64,000 nt of DNA from Candidatus Nomurabacteria bacterium (GTDB taxonomy: Bacteria; Patescibacteriota; Minisyncoccia; Phycocordibacterales; UBA5272). A program made the position numbers and the translations under genes. Below the pieces are notes generated by a model that was not told the origin of the DNA, did no database searches, and saw only the letters and a program-made list of their open reading frames with translations. This document shows, piece after piece, positions 63,471-64,000 of this stretch. The stretch spans positions 114,436-178,435 of the forward strand of contig JBEIQD010000002.1 of NCBI GenBank assembly GCA_040376695.1. Direction: 5' to 3'. Every line of letters starts with the position of its first letter. The first letter of the stretch is position 1.

Positions 63471-64000
63471 ATGTTCCACACCATTTTCTACGAACCAATT
63501 TATAACCTTCTTGTTCTTGTTCTTACCTATGTCCCTCTTCATGATATAGGAACAGCAATTGTTATTGTGACACTTATTGTTAAGCTAATACTTCTTCCAC
63601 TTAATCTTTCAGCACTACGAAGTCAGTACATTATGAAGCGCCTAGAAGGAGAAATGGCGGCTTTAAAAGAAGAGCACAAAGCCTCACCCCAGGAGGCCTC
63701 GAAGAAAATGATGGAGGTATATAAACGTGAAAAGATAAATCCATTTGCAAGTCTCTTCACGGTTCTTGTTCAGATTCCAATCTTTTTCGCGCTCTACTTC
63801 GTTTTCTCTAAAGGGCTTTTTGCTGACCCAAACTCGCTGTACTCTTTCGTCAGTTTCCCAGAGACATTACACACAAAAGCCTTTGGATTATTTGATGTAA
63901 TGGATAAAAATATTGTAATCGCAGTATTAGCAGGACTTTCTTCATATGTTCTTGCGCGCCGCCAAACTGCATCAATGGTTGCTCCTAAAAAAGAAGGAAA
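63471..64000 (+). CDS. yidC: membrane protein insertase YidC (5' partial, runs off window)
   Basis: A short YidC form with several TM helices. Synteny after rnpA. Confidence 0.8.
   Translation, partial: MFHTIFYEPIYNLLVLVLTYVPLHDIGTAIVIVTLIVKLILLPLNLSALRSQYIMKRLEGEMAALKEEHKASPQEASKKMMEVYKREKINPFASLFTVLVQIPIFFALYFVFSKGLFADPNSLYSFVSFPETLHTKAFGLFDVMDKNIVIAVLAGLSSYVLARRQTASMVAPKKEG

Noticed and set aside
1-64000. CRISPR arrays, rRNA genes, transposase/IS elements
   Set aside because: Searched by eye. No spaced direct-repeat arrays, no rRNA-like conserved blocks, and no DDE transposase motifs were seen. The only recombinase is the serine integrase at 32554..34176.

Overview
This is a low-GC (~35-40%) bacterial chromosomal segment spanning the replication-origin neighbourhood (dnaA-dnaN on the minus strand; rpmH-rnpA-yidC on the plus strand). 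It is densely packed with housekeeping genes: ribosomal proteins S6, L11, L19 and S20; NusG and SecE; the Met-, Ile-, Arg- and Tyr-tRNA synthetases; RuvABC and RuvX; PolA; Fpg; PBP1A; PilB; and seven tRNAs. Several features fit a reduced-genome, possibly Patescibacteria/CPR-like lineage. RecO is short, MetRS lacks a C-terminal tRNA-binding domain, PolA has a shrunken exonuclease region, and there is a type IV pilus ATPase. This lineage call is tentative. Several compositionally foreign GC-rich (~50-55%) blocks interrupt the backbone. (1) At 12.9-17.4 kb, a complete dCTP-to-dTDP thymidylate cassette sits between rplK and argS. It comprises a long-form Dcd, Dut, a tandem-fused ThyX with degenerate RHR motifs, a eukaryote-type Tmk, and a Tmk paralogue with a ruined P-loop. 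(2) A PagL/OmpW-like outer-membrane beta-barrel gene lies between tRNA-His and tRNA-Leu. (3) A patch next to tRNA-Arg(TCT) carries a tandem 13-bp repeat. (4) A block next to tRNA-Arg(GCG) carries partial duplicates of the tRNA 3' end, like the remnant of an old integrative element. (5) A two-gene island of secreted and membrane proteins lies at 51.1-52.6 kb. A probable integrative element ends in tRNA-His at ~34.2 kb; its left end is uncertain (~26.7 or ~30.0 kb). It encodes a large serine recombinase whose last 11 codons are read from the antisense of the tRNA 3' half. It also encodes an SF3-helicase-like replication protein, small regulators, a strong consensus promoter, and an RloC-like defence protein (ABC-ATPase, coiled coil with a CxxC hook, C-terminal HEPN-like RNase). 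The isoleucyl-tRNA synthetase is otherwise canonical, with a T-box(Ile) leader, but it carries a ~190-aa phosphoglycerate-mutase-family histidine phosphatase domain in place of the usual zinc knuckle. To my knowledge this fusion is not described. All calls come from reading the ORF translations and the sequence. No database searches were run.
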